A DNA stretch of 33,810 nt from Acidobacteriota bacterium (GTDB lineage Bacteria > Acidobacteriota > Aminicenantia > UBA2199): NCBI GenBank assembly GCA_028749105.1, contig JAQUQF010000002.1:1-33810 (forward strand), in the 5' to 3' direction. Shown here in pieces: positions 8,320-17,245 of the stretch (positions are counted from its first letter, which is position 1; every line of letters starts with the position of its first letter). Position numbers and translations under genes: made by a program. Below the pieces are notes generated by a model. It was not told where the DNA came from. It did no database searches and saw nothing but the letters and a program-made list of their open reading frames with translations.

Positions 8320-10368
8320 TCAGCGGACCTTCATGACCACGAAGGTCAGGTCGTCGGCATTGGCACGGCCGGCGGAGAACTCGATGGCCCTGGCCAGGAT
8401 CTTCTCCTTGATTTCCAGCGCCGACAGCGCGGCGTTGGCGCACAGCATCGCCTTCAGCTCGCTGACGCCCAGCATCTTCTCCTCGCTGTCCATTATCTCC
8501 GACAACCCGTCGGAGAAGAAGAAGAGGATGTCTCCGGGGCTGTAGGGCAGCCGCAGTTCCTCGATCCCCTCCTGGGTGAAGCTGTTCAGCCCCAGGGCCA
8601 TGCCGCGCGGCGACAGCTCCAGGCACTCCCCCTTCCCCGCCTGGTAGAAAAGGGCCGGGGTGTGGCCGGAGCGCGAGAAGATCAGGTTCCTGGCCTGCAG
8701 GTCGAAGCGCACCAGGTTGACGGTGATGAACGTGACCTTCTCAAAGGAGCCCTGCAGGCTGAGGTTGCATTCGTTGAGGATGGCCGCCGGCTCCTTGCCG
8801 GTCTTCTGCAGGCAGTTCATGATGCCCTTCAGCTCGGCCATGTAAAAAGCGGCCTGGGCCCCCTTGCCCGAGACATCGGCCACCAGCACCGAAAGGAAAG
8901 TGCCCGGGGAGTGAAAGTAGTCGAAATAGTCGCCGGCGATCTCGGTGGCCGGGATGTTGACGGCGGCAATGTCGAACTCGGGGCAGGCGAAATGGTCGGG
9001 GGGCAGCAGCTTCAGCTGGATGCCGCGGGCGATGCGCAGCTCCTCCTCCAGGCGCTGCTTCTCCTTCTCCTCGGTCAGCAGGCGGCCGATGCCCGAGGCC
9101 ATGTCGTTGAACGACTCGGCCAAAAAATGCATCTGCTCGCGCGACTTGATGCGGATGCGGTAGGAGAAATCGCCGCGGCGGATCTTCTCGGTCCCCCTGG
9201 TCAGCTCGTTCACGGCGCGGGTGATGACGCGTACCATTTGGAAGCCGATGAAGAACGAGACGATGATGAAGAAGCCGAACAGGACAAGCATGAAGCGCAC
9301 CAGCGTCGCAATGGGAAAAACCGAAGACTGGCTGTCGCTCTTCTGCAGCACCTGCCGCTCCTTCTGCAGCTCGTCCAACTGCTGGCTCTTGGCCAGGAGC
9401 TCGGATTGACTGCCGCCGGCCTGGATCTCCTTTTCCAGCTTTTTGGCCTGCGCCTGCAGCACGGCGGAGCGGTCGGAGGTCTTCAGTTTCTGCAGGATCT
9501 TCGAGTAGTCGTTGATCAGCAGGAACATGTTGAACTTGAGCACAGGCTTGCCAGCCTTCATTTCGTCGAAGTCCCAGTAGCGGAAGGTGAATGGGAAGGG
9601 GAAATGGTATTTTTCAAAGGCGGCCGCATCATTCTCTTCCAGGCGCACCGTCATCTGCTGCGGCGAGGAGCGGCGGACGGCCGTGCCGCCGGCGCCCATG
9701 AACATCACCCGGAAGTCGCCGATGGGCGGCATGGCGTCGAAAGTTTCCTGGTTCAGGGTCTCCAGGATCAGTGCCGCGTAGACTCCCCGGCGCTGCTGAA
9801 CGCCATGGTACAATACGCCCCCGGCCTTGAGAAAGCCCGACGTGAACGTGGCCAGCGCCCCATTGGGGTCCAGGACCTTCAGGGAGAGGTCTTCGGGATA
9901 CGTGAAGAAGGGCTCGAGCCGGCCGTCCTTCTCCTTGAAAAAGGCCAGGTTCAGGAAGCGCGGCCGGCGACGGCGGTAACGCTCCACTTCCTGGACGATC
10001 CGCTTCTCATCGGCCATATCCAGATAGTAGCCGGCGCTGTCCTCGAAGCCCTTGATGTCATTTTGCAGCAGGTTATCGAAGATGGCCGTATTGTACTGGT
10101 AGATGATGATGTTGGTGATCAGGTAGTAGAAGACCGAGATCAGCACGATGGGGGTGACGATGAAGAACAGCGAGGCGATGATCAGGCGGTTGCGGATCTT
10201 CCACAACAGGCGGCGGCGGACAATGCCCAGCAGGCGTACCACGCCAAGGATGATGGTCAGCCACAGAAAGAAGGTGAACGTGCCGGGCTTGAAAAAGACA
10301 TACGAGACAATGGTCCACAGGGCGAGGAGAATGATCGCCAGATCAAGTTTGCGGAGTTTGGAGAGCAT
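8320..10368 (-). CDS. Membrane sensor PP2C-type phosphatase (HAMP + SpoIIE/RsbU domain)
   Basis: N-terminal TM segments, a large extracytoplasmic region and a coiled coil. A second TM is followed by HAMP (VNELTRGTEKIRRGDFSYRI). The PP2C/SpoIIE block is ARGIQLKLLP...GDYFDY...VADVSGKG...FFFSDGL. Confidence 0.85.
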   Translation of the reverse strand: MLSKLRKLDLAIILLALWTIVSYVFFKPGTFTFFLWLTIILGVVRLLGIVRRRLLWKIRNRLIIASLFFIVTPIVLISVFYYLITNIIIYQYNTAIFDNLLQNDIKGFEDSAGYYLDMADEKRIVQEVERYRRRRPRFLNLAFFKEKDGRLEPFFTYPEDLSLKVLDPNGALATFTSGFLKAGGVLYHGVQQRRGVYAALILETLNQETFDAMPPIGDFRVMFMGAGGTAVRRSSPQQMTVRLEENDAAAFEKYHFPFPFTFRYWDFDEMKAGKPVLKFNMFLLINDYSKILQKLKTSDRSAVLQAQAKKLEKEIQAGGSQSELLAKSQQLDELQKERQVLQKSDSQSSVFPIATLVRFMLVLFGFFIIVSFFIGFQMVRVITRAVNELTRGTEKIRRGDFSYRIRIKSREQMHFLAESFNDMASGIGRLLTEEKEKQRLEEELRIARGIQLKLLPPDHFACPEFDIAAVNIPATEIAGDYFDYFHSPGTFLSVLVADVSGKGAQAAFYMAELKGIMNCLQKTGKEPAAILNECNLSLQGSFEKVTFITVNLVRFDLQARNLIFSRSGHTPALFYQAGKGECLELSPRGMALGLNSFTQEGIEELRLPYSPGDILFFFSDGLSEIMDSEEKMLGVSELKAMLCANAALSALEIKEKILARAIEFSAGRANADDLTFVVMKVR

Positions 10369-10398
10369 GGTCTGATTATAATACGAACTTTGCCGAGA

Positions 10399-11148
10399 TT
10401 ACAATACGGAATTCAGCCCTATCTCACGCGCCAACGAACTTACGAGCGCCGTTGCGCTCCCCTGCAGGAAGACGTCGGCGATGGGGGTGAAATTGGACTC
10501 GTGGAGATTGATTTCGATCAGCCTGGCGCCTCTGGCCTTGGCCAAAGGCGGCACCTGGCAGGCGGGCTGCACCTCGCCGCTGGAGCCGATGACCAGGAAG
10601 AGGTCGGCCTGCGAAGCCTCCTGGTAGGAGCGCTGCAGCGCTTTTTCCGGGATGCCCTCGCCGAAAAAGATGAAGTCGGGCTTGAGCAGTCCCCCGCAGG
10701 CGGAGCAATACGGGGGAAGCGAGGCCAGGCGCTCCGCCAGCGCCGCCTCGCGCCTGCCGCAGCCAAGACAGACCAGCCAGCGCGAGTTGCCGTGAAACTC
10801 GATCACCTCGCGACCGCCGGCCTCCTGGTGCAGGCCGTCGATGTTCTGGGTGATGACGGCCCGGACCCGTCCCGCCTTTTCCATGGCGGCAATGCCGAAA
10901 TGGGCGGCGTTGGGCTGCGCCTTGCCGAAAAAATCGTAGAATATTTCCTTGATCTTCAGCCAGCTCTCGCGGGGTTCGGCCCGGAAACGATCGATCTCCA
11001 TGAAAGCGGGGTCGATTTGGCTCCACAGACCGCCCGGCCCGCGGAAAGGCGGGATGCCGCTCTCGACCGAGATGCCGGCACCGGTGAAAACGGTTGCATG
11101 GCGGGCTTCCCGCAGCAGGAGCGCCGCCTGTGCCATCGCCTGCGGCAT
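10399..11148 (-). CDS. cobB: NAD-dependent protein deacylase (sirtuin, CobB type)
   Basis: FTGAGISVESGIPPFRG, TQNIDGLH, a Zn ribbon (CLGCG...CSACGG) and a catalytic His in EFHGN. Confidence 0.9.
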   Translation of the reverse strand: MPQAMAQAALLLREARHATVFTGAGISVESGIPPFRGPGGLWSQIDPAFMEIDRFRAEPRESWLKIKEIFYDFFGKAQPNAAHFGIAAMEKAGRVRAVITQNIDGLHQEAGGREVIEFHGNSRWLVCLGCGRREAALAERLASLPPYCSACGGLLKPDFIFFGEGIPEKALQRSYQEASQADLFLVIGSSGEVQPACQVPPLAKARGARLIEINLHESNFTPIADVFLQGSATALVSSLAREIGLNSVL

Positions 11149-11150
11149 GC

Positions 11151-12485
11151 CTATTCCTTGAAGATGTGGCCGAAGCGATACGTCAGGGCGAGCATGAAGA
11201 CGTTGGCGCGGAAATGGGTATTCACATCTGGGCTGACCGGGAAGTAGCCGTTCTCCAGCCAGTTGGCGTGCTGCCGCTGGAACGTGATCTCCAGCAGCAG
11301 GTTGCGCGAGAATTCGCTGCCAATGCCGCAGGAATAGCCATGAACCTGGACAACCTTGTCAACGTAAGCGGCGTAGAGCTGGCGGTCGAGCGACCAGCCG
11401 CCGCGCACGCTCAGTTTCCATGAGCGGAAGGGAATGCGGGCCTCGGCGCCAAACCGCAGATTGCGGACCTGCTTCTGCCCTGTGCTCCAGGCGTCCTTCT
11501 GCGGGTACGGGAGTACGGAGGAGCCATAATAGTCCTCGATGCTGCCGTTTTCCCATTCGATACGCGAATAGTCGGCACTCACGTCAAGCCAGGCGGCCGG
11601 CCGCAGCAGGAGGCCGAGAGAGAATTGCTCCGGGATCACCACCCGGGCCTGGCTGGTCGTCTCCTCCTTGTTGATCTTGGCGCCATTGTCATCCACCCCC
11701 CAGTCCAGCAGAACGGAGTCGAGCCGGCTTTGCAGGCCGCTGTGCCAGGAGGCGCCCAGGCGTAGCCAGTCAAACGGCGAAAAGAGGGCGCCGAGGATGA
11801 CATTGCGTCCGTATATTTTTTCGGTGAGCTGGCTGAAATACTCGCCGGTCGTGACATCCCCCACCCGCTCCACCCGAACGAAGGAGAGGGCGCCGGATCC
11901 AAAGAACTGCTGCATGGTGGCGCCCACCGAGAAATAATCGGTCGCCGCGGCCGCCAGTGAAAAGGCGAGCACGTCAAAGCCCTCGCTGCCGGTGAAGGTC
12001 ACAGTCGTCTCAAGCGGGTCGAACCAGTCATAAAGGGAGGGCACCACCTCCCGGGCCTTCCCCTTGAAGCCGTAGGGGATGTAGCGATAGTAGCTCAAGG
12101 CGAAGGTGCATGGCCGCTGCAGCGCGGAAAAGGGGGCCGAAATGGCGAAAAAATCGATCTGGTTCAGCTTGCTGGCGAAGTTGAAATTGTAGAAGCGGTA
12201 CTCCTCTGCCGCCAGGGCGTTGTCCTGCAGGTCGTAGTCGTGCCATTGCCAGGAGGCCTTGTAACCCAGGTAGAACTCGGGAGTACGCAGGTTGGCCAGT
12301 CCGGCCGGGTTCCAGAAGGAGGCGGTCAGGTCGTCGGCCACGGCGGTGAAGGCGTTGCCCATGGAGAGGGCCTTGACGCCATGGGCGAAATTATAGTAGT
12401 TGTACCAGGGTTTGTACCGGGAAAATACCAGAACCGGCAGCGCCAGCAGCAGGAGCAGCAGCAGGACCCGGAGGCGTATTTTCAT
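11151..12485 (-). CDS. Outer-membrane beta-barrel protein (FadL/PorV-like)
   Basis: Signal peptide MKIRLRVLLLLLLLALPVLVF, the motif SMGNAFTAVADDLTASFWNPAGLA, and alternating aromatic beta-strand patterns to the C-terminus. Confidence 0.6.
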   Translation of the reverse strand: MKIRLRVLLLLLLLALPVLVFSRYKPWYNYYNFAHGVKALSMGNAFTAVADDLTASFWNPAGLANLRTPEFYLGYKASWQWHDYDLQDNALAAEEYRFYNFNFASKLNQIDFFAISAPFSALQRPCTFALSYYRYIPYGFKGKAREVVPSLYDWFDPLETTVTFTGSEGFDVLAFSLAAAATDYFSVGATMQQFFGSGALSFVRVERVGDVTTGEYFSQLTEKIYGRNVILGALFSPFDWLRLGASWHSGLQSRLDSVLLDWGVDDNGAKINKEETTSQARVVIPEQFSLGLLLRPAAWLDVSADYSRIEWENGSIEDYYGSSVLPYPQKDAWSTGQKQVRNLRFGAEARIPFRSWKLSVRGGWSLDRQLYAAYVDKVVQVHGYSCGIGSEFSRNLLLEITFQRQHANWLENGYFPVSPDVNTHFRANVFMLALTYRFGHIFKE

Positions 12486-12513
12486 ATCAGGTTCCTAAAA
12501 TCCCCTCGTAAAA

Positions 12514-12678
12514 CTAAAATTCCAAATCCCAAGCACCAAATTCCAAATAAATTCCAAGTTCCAAATTCCAATGACCCAACCGAAAGCCATTTCCAGCATC
12601 TTTTCTTTTTTGGTCATTGGGACATTGGTGCTTGGTGCTTGTTTGGAATTTGGTGCTTGGAACTTGGTGCTTGATTCC
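12514..12678. repeat. CCAA-heptamer inverted-repeat element, copy A
   Basis: The left arm has CCAA at 12522, 12529, 12536, 12543, 12554, 12561 and 12568 (7-nt phase with one 11-nt jump). The right arm mirrors this with TTGG. The apex stem pairs 12568-12576 (ccaatgacc) with 12612-12620 (ggtcattgg). Long identical blocks are shared with copies B and C. Confidence 0.85.
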
Positions 12679-12705
12679 TACCCGATCGCCCACCTGATAC
12701 TTCAA

Positions 12706-13422
12706 TCATTTCTTATCTTCGGCCAGGTCCTCTTCCTCGTCGTAGCCCACGCGCTCGCCCGGGTCCTCGATGACCACGCGGCCGCCGACCGTCTCCTCGT
12801 AGGAGAGGCAGCACATCAAGCGGCCGCACATGCCCGAGATCTTGACCGGGTTCATGTTCAGGTTCTGCTTCTTGGCCATCTGCAGGGTGATGGGCTCCAG
12901 GTTGCTCAGGAAGGTTTTGCAGCAGAGCTGGCGGCCGCAGATGCCCACGCCGCCGATCATCTTGGCCTCGTCGCGGATGCCGATCTGGCGCATTTCGATG
13001 CGCATGCGGAACTTCCTGGCCAGGTCCTTGACCAGGTCGCGGAAGTCGATGCGCCCCTCCGAGGTGAAATAGAAGATGGCCTTTTTCTCGCTGGTATAAA
13101 AAGTCACGCGCACCAGCTTGATGGGGATCTCACGCTCGCGGATGCGGTTCTGGCAATACTCGTAGGCGCGCCGTTCCTCGCGCTCCTTGCGGGCGAAGCT
13201 CTCGATATCGCGGTCGTCGGCCCGGCGCAGGATCGCGGGGATGTGCGGGACCCCCCTGGTGCAGCTGAAGAGCTCGCCGAAATGCCTGACCACCCGGCCC
13301 AGCTCCTCGCCGGTGATCGACTGGATGATGACGCAGTCGTCGGGCTTGATGTCCTCCTCGACGGTGCGGAAGTGGAGCAGGTCGCGGCGGTTCTCGATCT
13401 TGACCAGGATGACCTTATCCAT
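12706..13422 (-). CDS. PSP1 domain protein (RicT/YaaT family)
   Basis: PSP1 C-terminal region with a Cys-rich GICGRQLCC...GMCGRLMCC. It overlaps holB by 8 nt, the classical holB-yaaT arrangement. Confidence 0.85.
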   Translation of the reverse strand: MDKVILVKIENRRDLLHFRTVEEDIKPDDCVIIQSITGEELGRVVRHFGELFSCTRGVPHIPAILRRADDRDIESFARKEREERRAYEYCQNRIREREIPIKLVRVTFYTSEKKAIFYFTSEGRIDFRDLVKDLARKFRMRIEMRQIGIRDEAKMIGGVGICGRQLCCKTFLSNLEPITLQMAKKQNLNMNPVKISGMCGRLMCCLSYEETVGGRVVIEDPGERVGYDEEEDLAEDKK

Positions 13423-14425
13423 TGGCCGCCATGCCTTGCGGGGAGTAACTGTTGATGAATTCCAGGATCAGCACCCTCGCGTTCAGGTTGCGCTGGATGT
13501 CGCGCAGCAGGAACTCCATCTTGCGGATCAGGAAGAACGTCTTGTCTATATCGGTCAGAGCGGCCAGTTCCATCAGCTTTTCCTTGTAGTCCGAATTGAT
13601 GAGCGTCCCGCTTTCGGGATCGACCAACAACACCATTATATCGCGCAGCAGCACGGAAATCAAGTTGACCATCTCGCGGAAATAGGCGATGAAGGCCTCA
13701 CGCCCGCGGCTGCGGTCGTAGAGGTCGAGCAGGATGTCCTCGACCTCGCTCTGGCGGATGAGGCGCTCCATAATACAGAGCATGGAGCGGCGCTTCTCCT
13801 CCATCTCCTGCCAATCGGCCTCCGAGAGGTCCTCCACGCATTGGGCGCTGAAAAAAGCCATCAGTCGGGCTTTTTCCGGGTCGACGCCGCGTCGCTGCAG
13901 CTCCAGCTTCACCTCGTGGTTGGACAGGGGCATGAACTTGAGGATCTGGCAGCGCGACTGGATGGTGGGCAGGATGAGGTTGATGTTCGTTGTCAGCAGG
14001 ATGAAGACATTGCTGGGCAGGGGCTCCTCCAGGGTCTTCAGGAAGGCGTTGGCCGCCGACTCGTTCGGGCGCTGGGCGTCGCGGAGGATGAATACCCGCC
14101 TCTCGCCCTGCATGGGCCGCTGGCAGGCCGTGGCGATCAGCTCGTCCAGCTGTGCCTTGCGGTAGAATTGGCCGTCGGGCTCGAGGACCCGCACGTCGGG
14201 GTAGAGCCCGCGGTCAATGGCCAGGCAGGGTCGGCAGCGGTCGCAGGCATCGAAGTGGCTCCCCTTCTGGCATACCAGGGCCTTGGCAAAATTCATGGCG
14301 AACTGCAGCTGGTGATAGGGGTCGGAGCCGGCGAAGATCAGGCTGGATGGGACGCGCTCGTTGCGCAGGTAGCCGGCCAGCGTGGCCTTGATGCGGGTGT
14401 TGCCGATCAGTTCAGCCAATGACAT
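13415..14425 (-). CDS. holB: DNA polymerase III delta-prime subunit
   Basis: AAA+ clamp-loader-like features: Zn module CQKGSHFDACDRCRPC, SRC motif IQSRCQ and LKTLEEP. Confidence 0.85.
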   Translation of the reverse strand: MSLAELIGNTRIKATLAGYLRNERVPSSLIFAGSDPYHQLQFAMNFAKALVCQKGSHFDACDRCRPCLAIDRGLYPDVRVLEPDGQFYRKAQLDELIATACQRPMQGERRVFILRDAQRPNESAANAFLKTLEEPLPSNVFILLTTNINLILPTIQSRCQILKFMPLSNHEVKLELQRRGVDPEKARLMAFFSAQCVEDLSEADWQEMEEKRRSMLCIMERLIRQSEVEDILLDLYDRSRGREAFIAYFREMVNLISVLLRDIMVLLVDPESGTLINSDYKEKLMELAALTDIDKTFFLIRKMEFLLRDIQRNLNARVLILEFINSYSPQGMAANG

Positions 14426-14540
14426 TCGATGTAGCTCCGTAGCGCGTGTTCACGCATGAAATTCAATCAAATGGTACCACACTATCAGGGTTTGCGAAAG
14501 ACTGGGTGCATGCCAGACGGTTGAAAGTCGTAAGAATAAG

Positions 14541-14697
14541 GCACCAAGCTCCAAGCACCAAATTCCAAATAAATTCCAATTTCCAAATTCCAATGTCCAA
14601 AACGAAAGCCATTTCAGTTTCTTTTCTTCGTTCGGTTCATTTGGACATTGGTGCTTGGTGCTTGTTTGGAATTTGGTGCTTGGGATTTGGAATTTTA
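14541..14697. repeat. CCAA-heptamer inverted-repeat element, copy B
   Basis: 14551-14579 is identical to 12529-12557. 14643-14683 is identical to 12620-12660. The apex stem pairs 14590-14600 with 14641-14651. The right arm lies inside the 3-prime end of the uvrA-like ORF. Confidence 0.85.
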
Positions 14698-17219
14698 GTC
14701 TTCCTGATGCTATTTTTTGTATCTTTCTCAGCTGATTTCTTCTTCAGATACTTTCCTGTCAGCGAGTTTTTGCATTGCATCAGGCCGGCGACATCTCCTT
14801 GGTACACGACCTTGCCTCCGTGCTTGCCACCGCCGGGTCCCAGGTCGATCACGTGGTCGGCAACGCGCAGCATCTCCAGGTTGTGCTCGATGACCACCAC
14901 GGTATGGCCGCGGTCAAGCAGCGCCTGGAAGACATCGATCAGCTTGCGCACATCGTCGAAGTGGAGGCCGACGGTGGGTTCGTCCAGGATGTAGACGGTC
15001 GGGCTCCCCGAGCCGCGGGCCAGCTCCTTGGTCAGCTTGATGCGCTGCGATTCGCCGCCGGAGAGGGTTTGCGAGCCCTGGCCCAGGCGCAGGTAGCCCA
15101 AACCGACGTCGATGAGGATGCGCATCTTGCGCGCCAGCGCCGGCACGGCGGCGAACAGCTCGCTGGCCTCGCTGGCGGTCAGGTCGAGGACGTCGGCGAT
15201 GGAGCGCCCCTTGTACTTGACCTGTCGCGTCTCCGAGTTGAAGCGCTCGCCGTCACAGACCGGGCAGGTGATCTCCAGCTGGGGCAGGAAGCTCATCTGC
15301 AGTCTTTGCACGCCCAGACCCTCGCAGGCCTCGCAGCGGCCGCCGCGCACGTTGTAGCTGAAGCGCCCCGAGGCATAGCCTCTCACCTTGGCCTCGGGCA
15401 GGGCGGCGAACAACTCGCGCACCATGGCCATGACGCCGATATAGGTGGCCGGGCAGGAGCGCGAGTTCTTGCCGATGGCCGACTGGCTGACCATCAGCAC
15501 CCGCTTGACCCCGTCAAGTCCCGAAACGGCGCCGCAGGCGAGGCGCGGGCTGGGGAACGGCACACCCTCCAGCTCGCGGCGCAGGATGGGCGCCAGGGCA
15601 TCGACGACCAGGGAGCTCTTTCCCGAGCCGGAGACGCCGCTGACCACGGTCAGGCAATTGAGGGGCAGGCGCAGGTCGATCCCCTGCAGGTTGTTGAGGC
15701 GGATGCCCTCTATGGCGAGGTAGGCGGCACCCGACGTGTCGCGCGGCGGTCGGGGCGCAATGCGGCGGCGGCCGTAGACGTACTCCGAGGTCAAGGATTT
15801 CTCCGCGGCGGCAAAACCGGCGATGGGGCCGGCGTACATGATCTCCCCGCCGTGTTCCCCCGCCCCGGGGCCGATGTCGACCACATGGTCGGCGGCACGG
15901 ATGGTCTCCTCGTCGTGCTCGACCACGATGAGGGTGTTGCCCATTTCGCGCAGCCGGCGCAGGATGCGCAGCAGGTTGAGCTGCTCGGAAAAATGCATGC
16001 CGATCGAGGGCTCGTCGAGGATGTAGATGATGCCGTTCAGGCCGAAGCCGAGCTGCGAGACGAGGCGGGCGCGCTGCAGCTCGCCACCGGAGATGGTGTC
16101 GATGCGGCGATTGAGCGCAACGTAGCCCAGGTTCAGCGTGACGAAGGATTCCAGGCGCTGGATGATCTGCGGCAGAAGGGCGCGGGCCACACCGGCCTCG
16201 GCGGGGGTCGGGCGCACGTTCTTGAAGAAGGCGAGCAGGTCAATGATCTCCATCTCCCCCAGTTCAAATATGTTGCGGCCGCGGAAGTAGAAGGCGCGGC
16301 TCTCGGCGCGGAAGCCGCTGCCGCCGCAGTCGGAACAGGTGCCATCCTCTCCTGGAAGGGCGTCCAGGCGGCCATTGCCCAGACAGCGCGGGCAGGCCCC
16401 TTCGGGCGAATTGAGCGAGAAGGTCCCCGGCTGGGGCTCGGCCAGCGAGATGTCGCAGCGCGGGCAGTGCAGGCGGCCGGAGAAGAAAGCCTCCTCCGTC
16501 CCGGCCCGGACCAGAATCTCGCCGTCGCCCTCGGTCAGGGCCAGGGCGATGCTCTCGCCCAGACGTGCGGCCGCGGCGCGCGTGTCCGGCACGACATCGA
16601 CGGCATCGATCTGGACGGCGATGCGGTGGCGCACATTGCGGGCCAGGGCGGGTGGGTCGTCCAGATAATATTCCTTGCCGTCGACAAGCGCCTTGAGGAA
16701 CCCCCGCTTGCAGTACTTCTCGAACAGGGCCTGGTAACTGCCGCGGCGATAACGCACCAGCGGGCTGTAAATGCGCACCAAAGAACCGGCAAAGCGGCTC
16801 AGGACGGCCTGCTGGATCTTATCCGCCGAGTAGCGGCTGATGGCATCGCCGCAGCGTGGGCAGCGCGCCTCGCCCAGCCTGGAGAAGAGCAGCCGCAAGT
16901 AGGGGGCAACCTCGGAAACGGTCCCCACCGTGGAGTTGTAATAGAACGAGGAGTGCTTCTGGTCGATGGAGATGGTCGGGGCAATGCCCTTGATCGAGCG
17001 CACGTCGGGCCGCTCCAGCGACTTGATGTACTGGCGGGCGTAGGCGGAGAGCGATTCCAGGTATTTGCGCTGCCCTTCCTGGAAAATCGTGTCGTAGGCC
17101 AGGGTGGACTTGCCCGACCCCGAGACGCCGCAGACGACGATCAATTGTTTTTTGGGCAGCCTTAAATGCAGGTGCCTTAAATTGTGCTTATGCGCGTCAA
17201 TAATTTCGAGGTATGACAT
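14637..17219 (-). CDS. uvrA: UvrA-family ABC ATPase, shorter than canonical UvrA (apparently lacks the insertion domain)
   Basis: Two ABC modules: GVSGSGKST at aa ~31-39 and GVSGSGKSS at ~529-536, with signatures ISGGE and LSGGE. Zn modules are CPRCG, HCPRC..ACPRC and CEAC...CPVC. The last ~20 aa (KIPNPKHQIPNKHQAPMSK) are encoded by repeat copy B. Confidence 0.9.
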   Translation of the reverse strand: MSYLEIIDAHKHNLRHLHLRLPKKQLIVVCGVSGSGKSTLAYDTIFQEGQRKYLESLSAYARQYIKSLERPDVRSIKGIAPTISIDQKHSSFYYNSTVGTVSEVAPYLRLLFSRLGEARCPRCGDAISRYSADKIQQAVLSRFAGSLVRIYSPLVRYRRGSYQALFEKYCKRGFLKALVDGKEYYLDDPPALARNVRHRIAVQIDAVDVVPDTRAAAARLGESIALALTEGDGEILVRAGTEEAFFSGRLHCPRCDISLAEPQPGTFSLNSPEGACPRCLGNGRLDALPGEDGTCSDCGGSGFRAESRAFYFRGRNIFELGEMEIIDLLAFFKNVRPTPAEAGVARALLPQIIQRLESFVTLNLGYVALNRRIDTISGGELQRARLVSQLGFGLNGIIYILDEPSIGMHFSEQLNLLRILRRLREMGNTLIVVEHDEETIRAADHVVDIGPGAGEHGGEIMYAGPIAGFAAAEKSLTSEYVYGRRRIAPRPPRDTSGAAYLAIEGIRLNNLQGIDLRLPLNCLTVVSGVSGSGKSSLVVDALAPILRRELEGVPFPSPRLACGAVSGLDGVKRVLMVSQSAIGKNSRSCPATYIGVMAMVRELFAALPEAKVRGYASGRFSYNVRGGRCEACEGLGVQRLQMSFLPQLEITCPVCDGERFNSETRQVKYKGRSIADVLDLTASEASELFAAVPALARKMRILIDVGLGYLRLGQGSQTLSGGESQRIKLTKELARGSGSPTVYILDEPTVGLHFDDVRKLIDVFQALLDRGHTVVVIEHNLEMLRVADHVIDLGPGGGKHGGKVVYQGDVAGLMQCKNSLTGKYLKKKSAEKDTKNSIRKTKIPNPKHQIPNKHQAPMSK

Positions 17220-17245
17220 AGATTAGATGTTATCATAAATTTAGG

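Noticed and set aside
8320-10368. SpoIIE/RsbU phosphatase as part of a partner-switching (STAS / anti-sigma kinase) cassette
   Set aside because: No STAS-domain or RsbW-like kinase genes lie anywhere in the window. The nearby ECF sigma/anti-sigma pair is 11 kb away and of the zf-HC2 type.
10399-11148. Sir2-domain protein as a possible anti-phage defence effector (Thoeris/DSR/pAgo-associated)
   Set aside because: It is about 250 aa with the full CobB-type Zn ribbon and catalytic motifs. It has no fused sensor or effector domain and no partner defence genes, so it is a housekeeping sirtuin.
8662-11247. 861-aa plus-strand ORF
   Set aside because: It is antisense to the well-supported SpoIIE phosphatase and sirtuin genes. 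The translation is low-complexity (A/G/L/D/Q/R/E-rich), with no motifs and no RBS. It is a typical GC-rich shadow ORF.
12240-12705. Small ORFs running through repeat copy A (144 aa plus strand; 63 aa minus strand)
   Set aside because: Their translations are simply the periodic repeat read in frame (..KIPNPKHQIPNKFQVPN.. / ..WNLELGIYLEFGAWDLEF). They have no start context and no conservation beyond the repeat itself.
12514-14697. CRISPR array as an explanation for the repeated CCAA sequences
   Set aside because: The copies are 2 kb and 9 kb apart and separated by genes. Each is an inverted-repeat hairpin rather than a direct repeat-spacer series, and there are no cas genes.
14775-17165. 796-aa plus-strand ORF
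   Set aside because: It is antisense to the UvrA-family gene, which has unmistakable Walker/signature/Zn motifs. Its composition is that of a shadow ORF.
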